Shown: piece by piece, positions 25,888 to 38,790 of the stretch
Numbering within the stretch: the stretch's first letter is position 1
How the letters are laid out: the number at the start of each line of letters is the position of its first letter
NCBI RefSeq assembly: GCF_018977255.1
Contig: NW_024704743.1
Location: 96,722,001 to 96,786,000, forward strand
From: Callorhinchus milii
Taxonomy: Eukaryota
DNA length: 64,000 nt
Direction of reading: 5' to 3'
Position numbers and translations under genes: made by a program
Notes under the pieces: generated by a model
What the model was told of the DNA's origin: nothing
Seen by the model: only the letters and a program-made list of their open reading frames with translations
The model's database searches: none

Positions 25888-26892
25888 TTTTTTAAAAAAA
25901 TGTATATTTATTTATAAATATAATATTTGGTACAACAGGAATCCAAAATCAGTACATCATCTTCTGTCACAATTTTTCCCCTTTCTCCCGATACAAAAAA
26001 CATTCCGCTTTTATGGTACATTCCTTCACCGCACACAGGTTGTTTTGTGGGACGCTCACTTTAAAACAGTCTGGAGTCGCCCCTGTGTACGTCACACCCA
26101 TGTGCGCGTCCGCGCACACCCTGATAAGGAGCATTTGCCGCTTTCAGAAGGCGCCCCAATGTGCACCGTACACGCACATGTTTACTGTACATACATTTTT
26201 GGGAGGCTCTTTGGTTACATCTCGAGCGACCTTCTGTGCCCTCATGTTTATTTCAGTCAGTTTTGGGTGCGTTCGTGGGCTACCCGGTGGGTGCGCCCTG
26301 AGTGGTTTGTGCCGGAGCAGCTCCTGCTGGGGTCAGGCCCCATCTGGACTTACCTCGGTTGAGCCGAGCTTCAGGTTGTCCCTCAGTATATAGTCCCTGA
26401 TCCTAGCGTGCTTGAACCTGAGGCTGGCCCTCACCGTCCCCTCGTTTTGCCAGGAGAACACCCGGTTTCGGGAGTGCTAGAGTGGCTCCTTTACCGAGTT
26501 TATGATCCTCCAGGCACACTCAATGTGGGTTTCACTGTGAGTGCTCAGGAACAGGCCGTACAGCACTGAGTGCCGTGACATTGGGTCCCCAGGGACCAAC
26601 CATGAGAGAATGTATTCCGTCTTTTTCCAAACCATCTTTGCCAAACAACACTCCAGGAAGAGGTAGTCCACGGTCTCCTGGCCTCTGCAGCCGTCCCAAG
26701 GGCAAAGTGCTGACTGGCCCAGACCTCGACCAGGCATGAAAGCCCTGAGGGGGAGGGTCCCCTTTTATTGCCAACCAGGCCATGTCCTGATGGTTGTTGG
26801 TCAGGGCCAGTGATGAGACGTTTTGCCAGACATAGCTGGCCATTGCCTCAGGGTACTTCCTGATCAGGTCTGCCCTCCCCCTTTCAAACTGT
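25888..26892 (-). mobile_element. Tx1/L1-clade non-LTR retrotransposon, 3' segment (zf-RVT/CCHC region plus 3' UTR)
   Basis: VWQNVSSLALTNNHQDMAWL, CPWDGCRGQETVDYLFLEC, CAWRIINSVKE; AATAAA and short A tail near 25888-25915. Confidence 0.88.
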
Positions 26893-27586
26893 GATGAGAG
26901 CATCAGAGTGTGTCACCATCCTGGGCAGCCTCGGCACACAAGACAAGGCCTCCCTGTATATGGATAATGTCACCGATTTTTGCACAGACCAAAAATCGGT
27001 CTCGAGCTGCTAGGCATTTGAGACCAGTTTGAGCAAGCTTGGGAGCCAAGGTCAACCACCAGAAAAGCGAGATGATGTATTTTGGAAACTGGAGAAAACG
27101 CAGTCACATAACATTTGCGGTGAAGCCAGATTACATTAAAGTCCTCAGCATCTGGTTCGGGGCTGCTGGGGTGTGCCAAAAAAACTGGAAGGAGTCTCTA
27201 GGTATAGTGAGGAAGAAACTGGTGATGTGGCACCAGTGCTCGCTGTCCATCACCAGAACAAACCTGGTGATAAAGTGTGAGCCCCTCTCAGTGTTACTGT
27301 ACATGGCCCAGGTCTGGCCTTTGACCAGGAACAATGTTACTGCAGTCACGAGAGAGGTCTTCCAACTGATATGGGCTCCAAGATGGATTGTGTCTGCAGA
27401 GTCACGATGCACAAAACCCTAGAAAAGTGGGGAAAAGGGGTCCTTGATAACGTAGCCCTGATCCTCATGGCCACCTTTGTGTGTAGCTGCCTGAGGCTGT
27501 GCCCGGAGCCCCGGTTTGCCAGCAGCAAATGCCACTATGTGTTGGGTTTCTACCTGTACCCGGTGCTGAGAAGGGTGGGTTTGGCA
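26893..27586 (+). mobile_element. Tx1/L1-clade RT segment, inverted relative to its 3' part
   Basis: SIR.VTILGS...KASLYMDNV, GAKVNHQKSE, IKVLSIWFG, NLVIKCEPLSVLLY, YPVLRRVGLA; frameshifted. Confidence 0.88.
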
Positions 27587-27929
27587 GAACACATAACTTG
27601 CCTACTCAACTACAAATCTGAGGTAGAATTCTCCCCTACATGAGATTGATGGTGAGTTGAGGTGAGAAGAATTATACTTCTAATACAGTATGTGAACATT
27701 TGTAAAATTTTTTGTTTATTAATGGTTTGGGAATGGAAGCAAAAATGCTGCCCATATCAGTAGCCGCTGCAATGCTTGTGTGCATATTCATGATCTGTGC
27801 TTCATACACAGTTCATTTCTGGCTGAATTTTCAGTTGACATTATTTTCTTCAATGTGAGCTCTGTGGAATTATTCACTCCTTTCACATTGTTATGTACAC
27901 TAACACACTTGTAAACAATTCAAAGCTAA

Positions 27930-28075
27930 TCTGCTCTGGGGTTAGACAAATGACCACGCAAATTGTAGTTAGTAGGTTAGAGAGGTGAAGTTCAGTGAAG
28001 CTTCCTGCTCCGGATATTATCCAATGATCTCTGCCGGAGGTGTGTGGGACAGTTAAGAGTGGAACTAGGCAAGTT
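27930..28075 (+). mobile_element. Ancient SINE fragment (14398 family)
   Basis: cttcctgctccggatattatccaatgatctctgccggaggtgtgtg. Confidence 0.45.
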
Positions 28076-28094
28076 TGATATATTTGGTGTGGGA

Positions 28095-28566
28095 ATTGGG
28101 CAGATCGATGGCAGATGAAACTTAATGTAAAGAAATGAAAAGTGCTTCACGTGGGTACAAAAAATCCAGGACGGGCTATTATTTAAATGGTAAGAAAATA
28201 ATCTCTACGGAAAATGAGAAGGACCTGGGGATCCTGATTGATAATAAATTGAAGCTATCGCAACAGTGTTTGGTAGCAGTGAGTAAGGCAAACTAGATGC
28301 TGGTTTTCAGAAAATTCAGAACAAATCTGCAGAAACACAACTTCAGTGAGAGAGTAGTAAACTTATGCAACAGGCTCCCTAGTGAGACATTGGAAGCAGA
28401 AAATGTCATTTGTTTCAACAACAAATTAGATAGATTTCTGCTAGAAAATAATATCTTGGTATACAGTATATAGTTTGGGACACGACATGTCAAGCAACTG
28501 CCATGACGGTGGAAGGTGAAGGTGAAGGTGAACTCGCCTAACAAATTCTTATGTTCTTGTGTTCTT
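28095..28566 (+). mobile_element. CR1 3' fragment with internal deletion
   Basis: WQMKLNVKK*KVLHVG, EKDLGILID, FSERVVNLCNRLP; tail (cttatgtt)-like repeats. Confidence 0.8.
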
Positions 28567-28729
28567 AGGATGACTATTCTGAAATCAATCCACTGGGAAT
28601 AGGGAGCTAGGGAAGCCTTGCAAGATTTGTGATGATGGGCTTGTGGAGTTTGATGTGGGAAAGCCTATGAGTTCTGGAATATGGGATATTCTAGAGCTTG
28701 TGGAGGGTACAGCTGGGAATGCTGGTAGC

Positions 28730-29220
28730 AGGGCATTGGAAAAACCAAGTCTAGAGGGAAAGCATTGATGTGAGTTACAGGTCACAGGGGGCAAAATAGT
28801 TATGGAGTTGGGCAAGATTCCAGAGATGGAGTAAAGCAAACTTGGTCAGGGCTTGGATGTAAAGGAAAGGTGAGGATTGAATAAAACACCAAGATTACGC
28901 ACTGGCTCCATGGACTGGAGTCTGAGCCAACAACAACTGCATTTATATAGAGCCCATCGTGCGGGGGCAGAAGCCAGAGGAGAGGAAGCACTAGTGGGAG
29001 CCAAGAAGGATACCTTTGCTTTTGTCGACATTTAATTGAAGGAAATTGAAGCTCATCCAGCTATTGATACCTGACAGACAGACAGGGGTCCTGGTATTAA
29101 GGGTAGAGGCAGCAAGGTAGACCTGGTGTCATCAGCATACATATGGAAGTGGATCATATTACTTGCTGATAATGTCGCTAAGAGGGGGCATAAAGATGTG
29201 GATAAAGAGAGGGGAGCCAG
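28730..29220 (-). mobile_element. Decayed L2 RT fragment
   Basis: Minus strand FHIYADDTR, VRNLGVLFNPHLSF. Confidence 0.75.
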
Positions 29221-30835
29221 TTTGAGACCCCGCTTACCTTCACCCCCCCACCCCCTGGAAGATAGTCAGTCTTGTGGGCAGGACAGAAACCAGATTGGAG
29301 GGACTCATACAAGGAATGGTGGGAAGAGGAAGGTGCATAATTAGAAGGTGATCACCACAACAACAATAACAAATTGTATTTTTATAGCACCCTTCACATT
29401 GGGGAGAATCTCTGAGCACTTTCTCCAAGGACTGGGCCACATGTCTATGAGAAAGTAAGTCATTGGAGATAAAGAGCAGGTTGAAGATGGGGTGAAAGCT
29501 CAAAAGGTTGAAGGGTTGCACACAACATGAAGAGCTCAATTGTGATGCTAACACCTGACTCACTGTCAAGGCTCACATATGGAAAATGGCTATTGGCAAG
29601 GTACCAGAGAGATCTGTGAACCAAAACTCAATAGAAGGAAAATAAAGCCAAATGTGTTGAGGAGTGGAGGGTAGAATATCAGTGGAGGAAATTGACAAGC
29701 ATGAAATAGCCAAAGAGACTACTGAACTCAGAGATGTGTCAATGTAAGCACTTTGAGACGTCTCGAAGACGTGATAAGGCGCTATACCAAATGCAAGGAT
29801 TATTATTATTAGGATTATTAATGTATCAACAGGGGTTAAACGTTTCCCAGTTACTGAACTTATCAGCAGACTACTGCATGGAAATGCAGAAGTTATGTAG
29901 TTTGTTGCACAATGTGTTTGGATCCTTCATCTATGCAGCTGTAAGACTAAATATTGGGATTTGACATTTAGTTATCCTGTGTGACTGGAAAAGCAGCATA
30001 AGACACAGTCAATCCATTTCACCACAAAATTCTTCTAAGATCAGCATACCAGGGAAATGGGACCAGCTAAGCTACAATGTCATAAAGGAAGATGGACTTG
30101 TGAAATCGACCATAGTATAATTTGCCATTTAAGTTTTGGTACTTTTCTGTGCATATTGCCTTGTACTTCTGTACTTTTCCATACCATTGCCTTTGGAGTA
30201 ATCTTTGGAGAGTGCTGGAGAAATAAAGAGAGTTACCTAAAGAACTTGCTCTGTTAGAGTTCTTGTTAGAAAGTGACGGGAAAATACATGGGCAATTTTG
30301 AAGGCTTTCTGGAAACATCTGGTGAAAATTAGTTAGATAATGTAACAAAGATCAATTTACTTTTCCTGGCTTCCACTTTAGATTAATGCAATATTTCTAT
30401 CAGGGAGCAGACTATGATAGCACCAGAATGGAAAGAGAAAAGAATTGGGAAGTTAAAGAGTTTCTATCCCTATGAAGATATGAAGATATGAAGATATAAG
30501 AGAAGCTTTTCCTCTGCGGCATATTATCTTGTTACAGGTGAATCAGAGACTTATTCAGATACTCCAATTGCCGTCAAATGTAATGACAATGTATTTGTAA
30601 GCAATTGCAGCAACTAATTTGCTCACAGGAACTAATTCAAACAGCTATGAAGCCAATGACCAATTGATCTAAGAGTAGGGTTGTCCAATGCGTTAGCCTC
30701 TAGTCACACGTGGCAAATTGGGAATACATATGGTGTAATTGCATTTTTGATTATTAAATAAAAAATGAGTACTGGATACTGTTGTTGGGCATGTGATCTC
30801 AACACTCATCTTTGCATGGCGTATGCATCTATACT

Positions 30836-30997
30836 TTGATCCATGACTGTTTTTGGGACACTACTGTGCGCAATTTGGCTGCTGCATTTCGCCCACAAAT
30901 ATACAGTCAATTCACTTTACAGTATATTCTGTGAAGCGCTTTGAGACATCTAGAAGACATGAAAAGCGCTATATCAAATGCAAGGATTATTATTATT
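30836..30997 (+). mobile_element. SINE 3' half
   Basis: Core and tail. Confidence 0.88.
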
Positions 30998-31263
30998 TGA
31001 TCCTTTTGCACATTTGTTGGTAAAATGGTAAGACAAAAAAGCAGAGTGCATAAGTGTTTTTTGATTGTTGTGTGTGCTTTACTTCTTTGGTTACTGCTTA
31101 TTGGTTATCAGCTAAAATGGTGTGTAACAAGTGTGAAAATGCCAGAATTCATCACTGTGGGACACCAGCAATATTGTATGGAAAAGGGAACTGTTCATCG
31201 TGGTCAAGTCGACCAATTGGAATAACTGCACCAGGTAGCAGAAGAGAGCAAGTCCAACAACAA

Positions 31264-31928
31264 TGTTAGAAAATAAAATCAGCCATCATCCGTTTGCAAC
31301 CGGATATTAGTCCTTTCATTTATTATTATTCGTTATTCCCTAGTTTCCCAATGGGTCAGACCAAAGGCCGATACAATCAATAGATCTTATAACAGAACAA
31401 TACCACCGTAGATATCTCAAGTTCAACACTGTGTCTTTACAGCACACAAGCTTGATTCTTCATGTTTTCAGTCTTCTTGCTTACAGCTTTCAATCTTCCA
31501 TCTGATATCCTCAGTCCTAGCGTTTCTAGCTCTCAGTCTTCCATCTACCGTACCCTTGTCTCTGTGGCCCGGGATGGCCCGTTCACAAAGTTAACGGAAC
31601 TCTTATACCAATGTTCGTCCAATCATGTCTCACATACTACATCACGTTACCTCAGTCATGTCCAGTTCACGTGAACACCTCGTGGTGCGTACGTGCAGCA
31701 GCACACACATTGTCCTTGAGACACTCACGTAATCTTGAGCGTACGTGCAAGCAGCACAAATACTGTCCTTGAGACACTCACATGATCTTGAGTGTCAATC
31801 ATGGGTTTCAGTCCTGCCCATGAGTTCCCGTGGGGGTGTCCCGTTGGCTCATACTTAATCTAAAAGTTAACCCGTTCGCAACATCTACTTATGACTTTAA
31901 CATTATACAAAAAATATAAATTCTAACA
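31264..31928 (-). mobile_element. Solo LTR (665 bp)
   Basis: TGTTAGAA...TTCTAACA perfect 8-bp terminal inverted repeat, ACAA 4-bp TSD (31260-31263 / 31929-31932), internal ~52-bp tandem repeat, minus-strand TATA-like and AATAAA signals. Confidence 0.75.
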
Positions 31929-31996
31929 ACAACAACAAATTACATTTGTATAGCGTCTTCCACGTCAGGAGGAAGTCCCAAAGTGCTGGACAGTCA
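31929..31996 (-). mobile_element. Short L2 tail whose (CAA)n tract hosts the LTR
   Basis: caacaacaaattacatttgtatagcgtcttccacgtcaggaggaagtcccaaagtgctggacag. Confidence 0.8.
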
Positions 31997-32522
31997 CGCA
32001 TCTGCACCCAAGCTGGTGGTTGGGCGAAAAGTCCGGCCAATAATGAGCAGTTCCAACAGGAGCCAAAGAAAAATAAAGAAAAGACTGCAAAGTTTCACAC
32101 TGAATGGTGGTAGATGTTTGTTAAGTAAATGCACATGTAAACATGTGAAGTACATTTATCTGTATTGTGTGTGTTGCCGTAGCCACACATGTCCAGTCAG
32201 TGATTTCTGTGGGACAACACTGTTTTAGAGGATTATATGCTAGGATACTGAGAAAAATTCCCTCTCTTTTCAAATAATGTCCTAAGATCTTTAACGTCTG
32301 CCTAACTAGGCAGATGGGATTTCAATTTAACATCTCAGCCAAAGGGCTGGGTCTACAATAATATAATAATATAATAATAAATCGTAATCCTTGCATTTGA
32401 TATCGTGCCTTTCACATTGAGAGAATGTCTCAAAATGTTTTATAGTAATTATTATAAAGTGCAGTGACAGTTTATTTTGCAGGCTAATTGTGGAATAGAG
32501 GGTAATATCCCACAAACAACCA

Positions 32523-32547
32523 NNNNNNNNNNNNNNNNNNNNNNNNN
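32523..32547. other. Assembly gap (25 N)
   Basis: Run of n. Confidence 1.
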
Positions 32548-32936
32548 TATTATTGTTTTTTTTTGGTTTTGTACCAAATATAAGGATTTATATTATTATT
32601 ATTAAGCAATGTTATGGGATTCATCTGAAGAAGCAGATGGAACCTCAAAATGAAATTTGACACTGCAGTAAATGAGTGCTTGACTCCAACATTTAAAGTA
32701 GTAACATTCCTTCCTTCCCTCTTCCAATGCATTGCTGAACTGCTCTGCTTAGTTGATAACCTGGGGCTATCCAGACAGACCGAGCTAGACAGGAGAGTTT
32801 GAAGTGACCATTTCAATGCTTACACCTTTAACTTTCCATCGCTAAAATTGGTCTGAAGATATTGTCAAGCCTAGCTGCCGCAAATACACAGTTAAAGTGG
32901 TAAATCAGGTGGAGTGCTAACTTTGCTTGTACAATA

Positions 32937-33324
32937 GTGTACGTAGCTCAGTAGTTAGAGCACTCGCCTTGCAAACGAGAGACCTGGATTCGATTCCTGG
33001 CAGGGCAAAACATTGGGCAAGTATCCTTACTTCACACGCCTCTGTTTACCTAGCAGTAAGTAGGGACCCAGTTGTTTCGATTGGCAGATTGCTTTTCCGA
33101 GGGTAATAATTTCTTCAAAAAGAAAATGATAATAAATTGGTCACTCAATCCAACGATTGTTTGTGGAACACTGCTGTGTGCAATTGGCTGTCACGTTTCG
33201 CCCACAAAATGTACAGTCAATTCATGTTACAGTATATTCTGTGAAGCGCTTTGAGACGTCTCGCAGACGTGATAAGGCGCTATATCAAATGCAAGGATTA
33301 TTGTTATTATTACTATTATTGTTA
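32937..33324 (+). mobile_element. Long variant of the tRNA-derived SINE
   Basis: Head, core and tail as in other copies plus an extra 62-bp block at 33042-33103. Confidence 0.88.
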
Positions 33325-33399
33325 TGTGGAGACCACTGAATTGCACTGACCACCCACATTGCTGCAGGAAGAGTGGCAGAACTCAGAGGAAATATACAT

Positions 33400-33720
33400 G
33401 ACTGCCAACAACCAACATCCTGCAAGGTATTAATGTTACCTTTCTTATTTCTTGATCTAATATGCATTATCACACACTTATTAGTATTAAAATTCATCCA
33501 TCAATCCTTGATCCATTTGTTCAAATTCATCCAAATCTTCTTATAAGTTAGCAGATTTATTTTCCTCAAATTAATTGTCACACAACTTGATATCATCAGG
33601 AAATGTTACAACATTACAAAAAGCACTTTTCTCCAAAGAATTATTAATAGTTTGAGCAACAGGGGATGCTGGGTGAATTCTACCAGTCACTCCCTCCCCA
33701 GCAGAGGTATTTTCATTTAT
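33400..33720 (-). mobile_element. Decayed CR1 RT fragment
   Basis: MNFNTNKCVIMHI resembling MKFN..KC.VMH. Confidence 0.55.
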
Positions 33721-34174
33721 CATCATTTTCTATTGCTAAACCAGTTTCACATAATTTGCTATAATTTCTGAAAGTTTTAACAACTTTAATAAAATAAATT
33801 ATTTATGAAATTAGAACAACAACAAGAAAATTACATTTGTGTAGCACCTTTCACATCCCAAAATGCTGGGAAAATCCAAGTGTACTGGGAAAGCACTGCA
33901 TTGCTGGAGGAGCTATCATTCAGATGAGATATTAGACTAAAAGGCCATTTGCCTGATTTGATGGATGTTGAAGATCCCATGATACTATTTGAATAGAGTA
34001 TCCTGTTATCCTGTCCTACAATTCTCATTTATCTTATAGCTCTTCATGGGACCTTACTGGGCAAATAGCCGATGCATTTTGCCGACTAATACAGTCTCTA
34101 CACTTGAGTTTAATTACATGTGATAAGCCATTATAGAAATGCAAACCTTTTCCTAACTTTTAATTCCACTACTA

Positions 34175-34433
34175 GTGGAGTCCTGTAGCTCAGTGGTTAG
34201 AGCGCTCGCCTCGCAAGCGAGAGACCTGGGTTCCACACGCCTGATAATAATCCCTCAAGAAAAAAAACAATAATGTATCGGTCACTTCAATCATTGACTG
34301 TTTGTGGGACTCTGCTGTGCGCAATTGGCTGCCCTGTTTCACCCATAAATATACAGTCAATTCACTTTACAGTATATTCTGTGAAGCGCTTTGAGACAAG
34401 TGAAATGCAAGGATTATTATTATTATTATTATT
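34175..34433 (+). mobile_element. tRNA-derived SINE with two internal deletions
   Basis: Head, core and (ATT)n tail. Confidence 0.88.
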
Positions 34434-37400
34434 ACGAGAGCTATTCCTGTTCCTATTGCCATCTCGGCTTCCTGCTATTGACTGGTCACTTTGTCATTGT
34501 CTATAATGAGCACCACGTTCATATTTGGATTGAAAGACATAATAAGCCATAGAAGACCTTTTTCATATAAATTTTAAATCCCTATTACATTGGCCGCTAC
34601 CTCCTCTCAGCAAAAACCAGCCAACTTTGTGTCTTCTGTTGCATTGCCCAAGTATCAATAATTTTGATGCCACCAGTTTCACATTTGGCTCCACTGCTCA
34701 ATTGTTAGCATTCTTGCTGTTGGATTAGATAGTTGTAGGTTCAAACCCCGCAAGAGGATTGTGAGCTCTCGGTACTGAGAGAATCTTGCAATCACTTCAT
34801 TTAACATCTCAGCCAAAGGGCTGGGTCTACAATAATATAATAATATAATAATAAATCGTAATCCTTGCATTTGATATCGTGCCTTTCACATTGAGAGAAT
34901 GTCTCAAAATGTTTTATAGTAATTATTATAAAGTGCAGTGACAGTTTATTTTGCAGGCTAATTGTGGAATAGAGGGTAATATCCCACAAACAACCATTTT
35001 AACACACTTTGCTTTGACACATGATATATCACTCAATTAATATACAGCCATTTAAAACATTAAACATGATTGTACATATTTTGCCCATACTCAATCCACT
35101 TTACAGTATATCCTGTGAAGCGCTTTGAGAGACCTCGACAAAGTGATAAGGCATTCTATGAAATGCAAGGACGTTTTTTGTAGGATTCTTGATGCAACAT
35201 AATCAGAGAGTCACTGCTGGCCTAACTTTGGCGAACTCCCCATTTTACATTGTAAATACTCTCAACTCCTATTGCCTGCCAGTGTTTTGTGCTGTTAACT
35301 TTGCCACTCCAATTTTTCCTTCCCTCTATTTCCCGATAAGCATCAGTGACACAATCAGTTCTGTCAGTTGAATTCTTGTGTCTCTGGTCCTCGTTTCTTA
35401 TTTGATTTTACCTGTCTCTCTCCACTACCTGCTCTGGACTGAGTTCATTCTCTTTGCCGCTGATTCTCTGTGCATTGGTCCCTCAAACTCTGTCCAATTC
35501 ATTTATTTTACTTGCTGTTTCCAGTCTCTGGTGGTTTCTCTCACCTGTCTTCTATTCAGGGGCTCCCTTCTCTGTCTGTCACTGATTAGTTTCCAGTCTT
35601 CTGTTATCAATCTTCCATTTATTCCATTTCCTTTAACTGTTACATACATTTTCAATCTACTTTCATTTTCCTTGCATGTTTCATTTACCTGCCTTCAATC
35701 TGCACACTGAATTATTTACCTCCCACTTGTGCCCTCCTGCTTTGCAAAGCTTTGTCCCTCCTGTAATGTTTCTCTGGTGGTGTGCTGCGAGTTTACCTAT
35801 TTCCTAGCTCATTTTTCGTTTTCTGGAGCAAGCTGACATTCAGGGCTTGCTAATAAGATGCTTCCCCTGATTGTTCTGAATGGTAGTTTGTTAAACATAC
35901 AGGCTCCTAACCAAACAGTGATCACGTGAGCAGTACAGTCACATAATATCACTTGTCCAGCATTGATTTTTAATCTGTGATCAATCTGCAAACTTATTTA
36001 TTAAAGGTCTGTATGAATATCCACATGTATTTGACTGCACCAGAATGTCAATGTCAAATGTTAGGGATGATTTTATCAAATAACACTGGGCAGTCTCTTA
36101 GCCATTTATTATGGTTTGGACATAATCACAGCAGATGATAATATAGCAAATCTTGTTCAAAACAATTCCTTTCTGATATTAACTGAAATATTAACTGTTG
36201 CTGCCTCTATACCCATCATGGCACATGAAACATCGCCCGAGATCGGCTTTGCCTTGCCACTTAATTAACAACTGCGTACAAGCTTTGAAGGTAGAAAAGA
36301 GTGCAGCTCTTGTGGGATCAAATGAACTGCATCTTCATCCTGCTGTCATTGCGAGTTGCACATAGCACAATGAGCTTAGTGCACTCCCACGCCGTGCGTA
36401 ATCATTGCCTGCGGTTACATTCCAATCACCTGTGTCGCAGTGAATATTTATTTTGGGCAGTCTCCAAAGTATTTGCATCACAAAGTGGACGGAATCAGCA
36501 GTGTTGTTCGTCGAAGCATAAACAGCAAACTAAAACTGTGCTTTATGAGCAGTTAAAGTTTGAAACACCAATGGGTCCATAGTTCCCTCCGGAGTTTTTT
36601 TGAACTTCATCTGGCAATAATAATCAAACCACATGCTTCAGTTTGCCCTTTGCATCAAATTATATGACTACAACCTGATTCAAGTCAACACTTCCCTTCA
36701 CAACACAGACAGATGTACCAGATGCTTTGGGTAACTATTACTAAAGCACTAGCTTCAAACTGTCAGCTATTTATAAATGGCATCCATAGTAAAGCAATGT
36801 TCTTTACTATAACCTGAAGTTCACATCCAGCTGAAGGTCCCTCTCCAGTCTCCATTTTGGCTGTCAGTATCAATCTCAATCAGTCCACAGACAAGAAAAT
36901 GTTTATCCACTTAACACAGTTTGCCGACCTATGAATGATCTTCATGGACTTACAACAACAGTTGCTTTTGAAAGCTCACCCACCTTTCCAGTGCAGATAG
37001 CTGCATAAAGGGATTCCTGTCAACCCCATTATTTATATGGTGGCATTTGGACTCCATTAACCATCAACATCGACATCCTGTAAATCGCTTTGGGACATCT
37101 GCCTGATGTGAAAGACGCTACACCAAATGTAACAATTATGATTTTTTAAATTACTATAATACAATACTATAATGACCGTAGATTAGAATGTGTTTCATCT
37201 GCGCTTGCTTGGAGTAGATTGGGTCTATTGTCGTTGTCAGGTCGGCTACTGACATTGCTTTCTGCATGTCAGGTGGATTCTATGTGCAGAAAATGTCACT
37301 GCGAAAATACACAGAAAATATGCTTTACTTTCCTGTGCACATGAGCAGAGCACAGAACATGACATCAGCTACGAACTGACAAACAGGAAATTGTTCATTT

Positions 37401-38437
37401 TTTCACACTTTAATAATAAGGCCTCTGAGATATTGGACCCAGATGATCCCGTTCTGCTTTATCCATTCATAGTGGCAGGTCTATTGACTACTTGAAACCT
37501 ATGTGACTATTATTGTTGTTGTTGTGGTGGTGGTGACTATCTGGGTGACTTGAATATTAGAACAAAACATGCAGGTTTTTTGATGGCAGAAATGCTTTCC
37601 TTTTTTCCAATTATATGAATAAGTGTCAGCCACCAAGTTACCACCAACCACTATAAGGTGAGTGCTCAATTTATCTTGACCAGAATAGCAGGAAAATCTC
37701 CCTTTTCTAGAGTAGTATCATGTCATAAGATGTTCAACATCCACCTGAACTTGAGCAGACAGAAAATTGGTTTAACAACCCATTCAAAAGTCAGTATCTT
37801 TGATACTGCAGGATTCCCCCAGTCCCGCGCTTGACTGTTAACCCAGCCAATGAGCACAGAACTCATCATGTGGTATGAATTTACAAGCTTCTAATCCACA
37901 GGTAAGAGTGCTATCAACAGCACCAACCTGACCCACTCTTAAGATTAGTCTTTAACTCACATTTATATAGTACCCTTTACATAGAATAACATTTGGAGCA
38001 CTTTATTATGGCAGGGATAGACAACGAGGAAGGGGAAAGGAGGAGGGCATCATGTGCGGTAAAAGAGGTAGGTTTTAAGGCAGTATTTGAAGCATATGGA
38101 GAGGGCGGGGCAGGACAGAGGGCTAAACAGGTAATTGCAGAGGATAGGGGCATAGAATCAAAAAGCTTGTCCACCAATAGTGGTGCGGGTAGGGGCCATG
38201 CAGCTTTCCCAAATAAGTAAGGAAATATTGTCAGTTCTGTTGATATCAATTGAAACCCAGGTGTTACCACATTTCTTTTGGAGATGCAGACCTGCCAGAA
38301 TGACAAGATAGACAGCAGTGTTTTTGGAAGGAAAATCTGTAGGTGATATGAATCTGAACACAGGAATCTGTTTCTCAATCTGCTTTTTTCACTCTGCATG
38401 ATGACTGTATTTTAGCTTCATAAGATATAGAAATATT

Positions 38438-38754
38438 GTGGAATCCTGTAGCTCAGTCCTGTAGAGCACTTGCCTCACAAGAGAAAGACCTGGGTTTGAT
38501 TCCCAGCAGGACGAAACCTTGGGCAAGTTTCCATACTTCACACGCCTGATAATAGTCCCTCAAGAAAAAAAAACAATAATAATTTGGTCACTTCAATCCA
38601 TGACTGTTTGTAGGACACTGTTGTGCGCAATTGGCTGCCGCGTTTTGCCCACAAAAATGCAGTCAATTCACTTTACAGTAAATTCTGTGAAGCACTTTGA
38701 GACGCCTAGAAGACGTGAAAAGTGCTATATCAAATTCTAGGATTATTATTATTA
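38438..38754 (+). mobile_element. tRNA-derived SINE
   Basis: Same family as 2503-2825, more diverged. Confidence 0.9.
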
Positions 38755-38790
38755 ATATGAAAACAGTAACACAAGACAGCTAGGCATCAT

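Noticed and set aside
30676..30730. MER3/MER33-like hAT end
   Set aside because: Only a short one-sided resemblance; no second TIR.
31688..31793. CRISPR-like or other array
   Set aside because: Two adjacent units without spacers, inside a putative LTR in vertebrate DNA.
35378..35710. 110-aa hydrophobic membrane-protein ORF
   Set aside because: Pyrimidine-rich low-complexity DNA with a GTG start; no recognisable domain or splice context.
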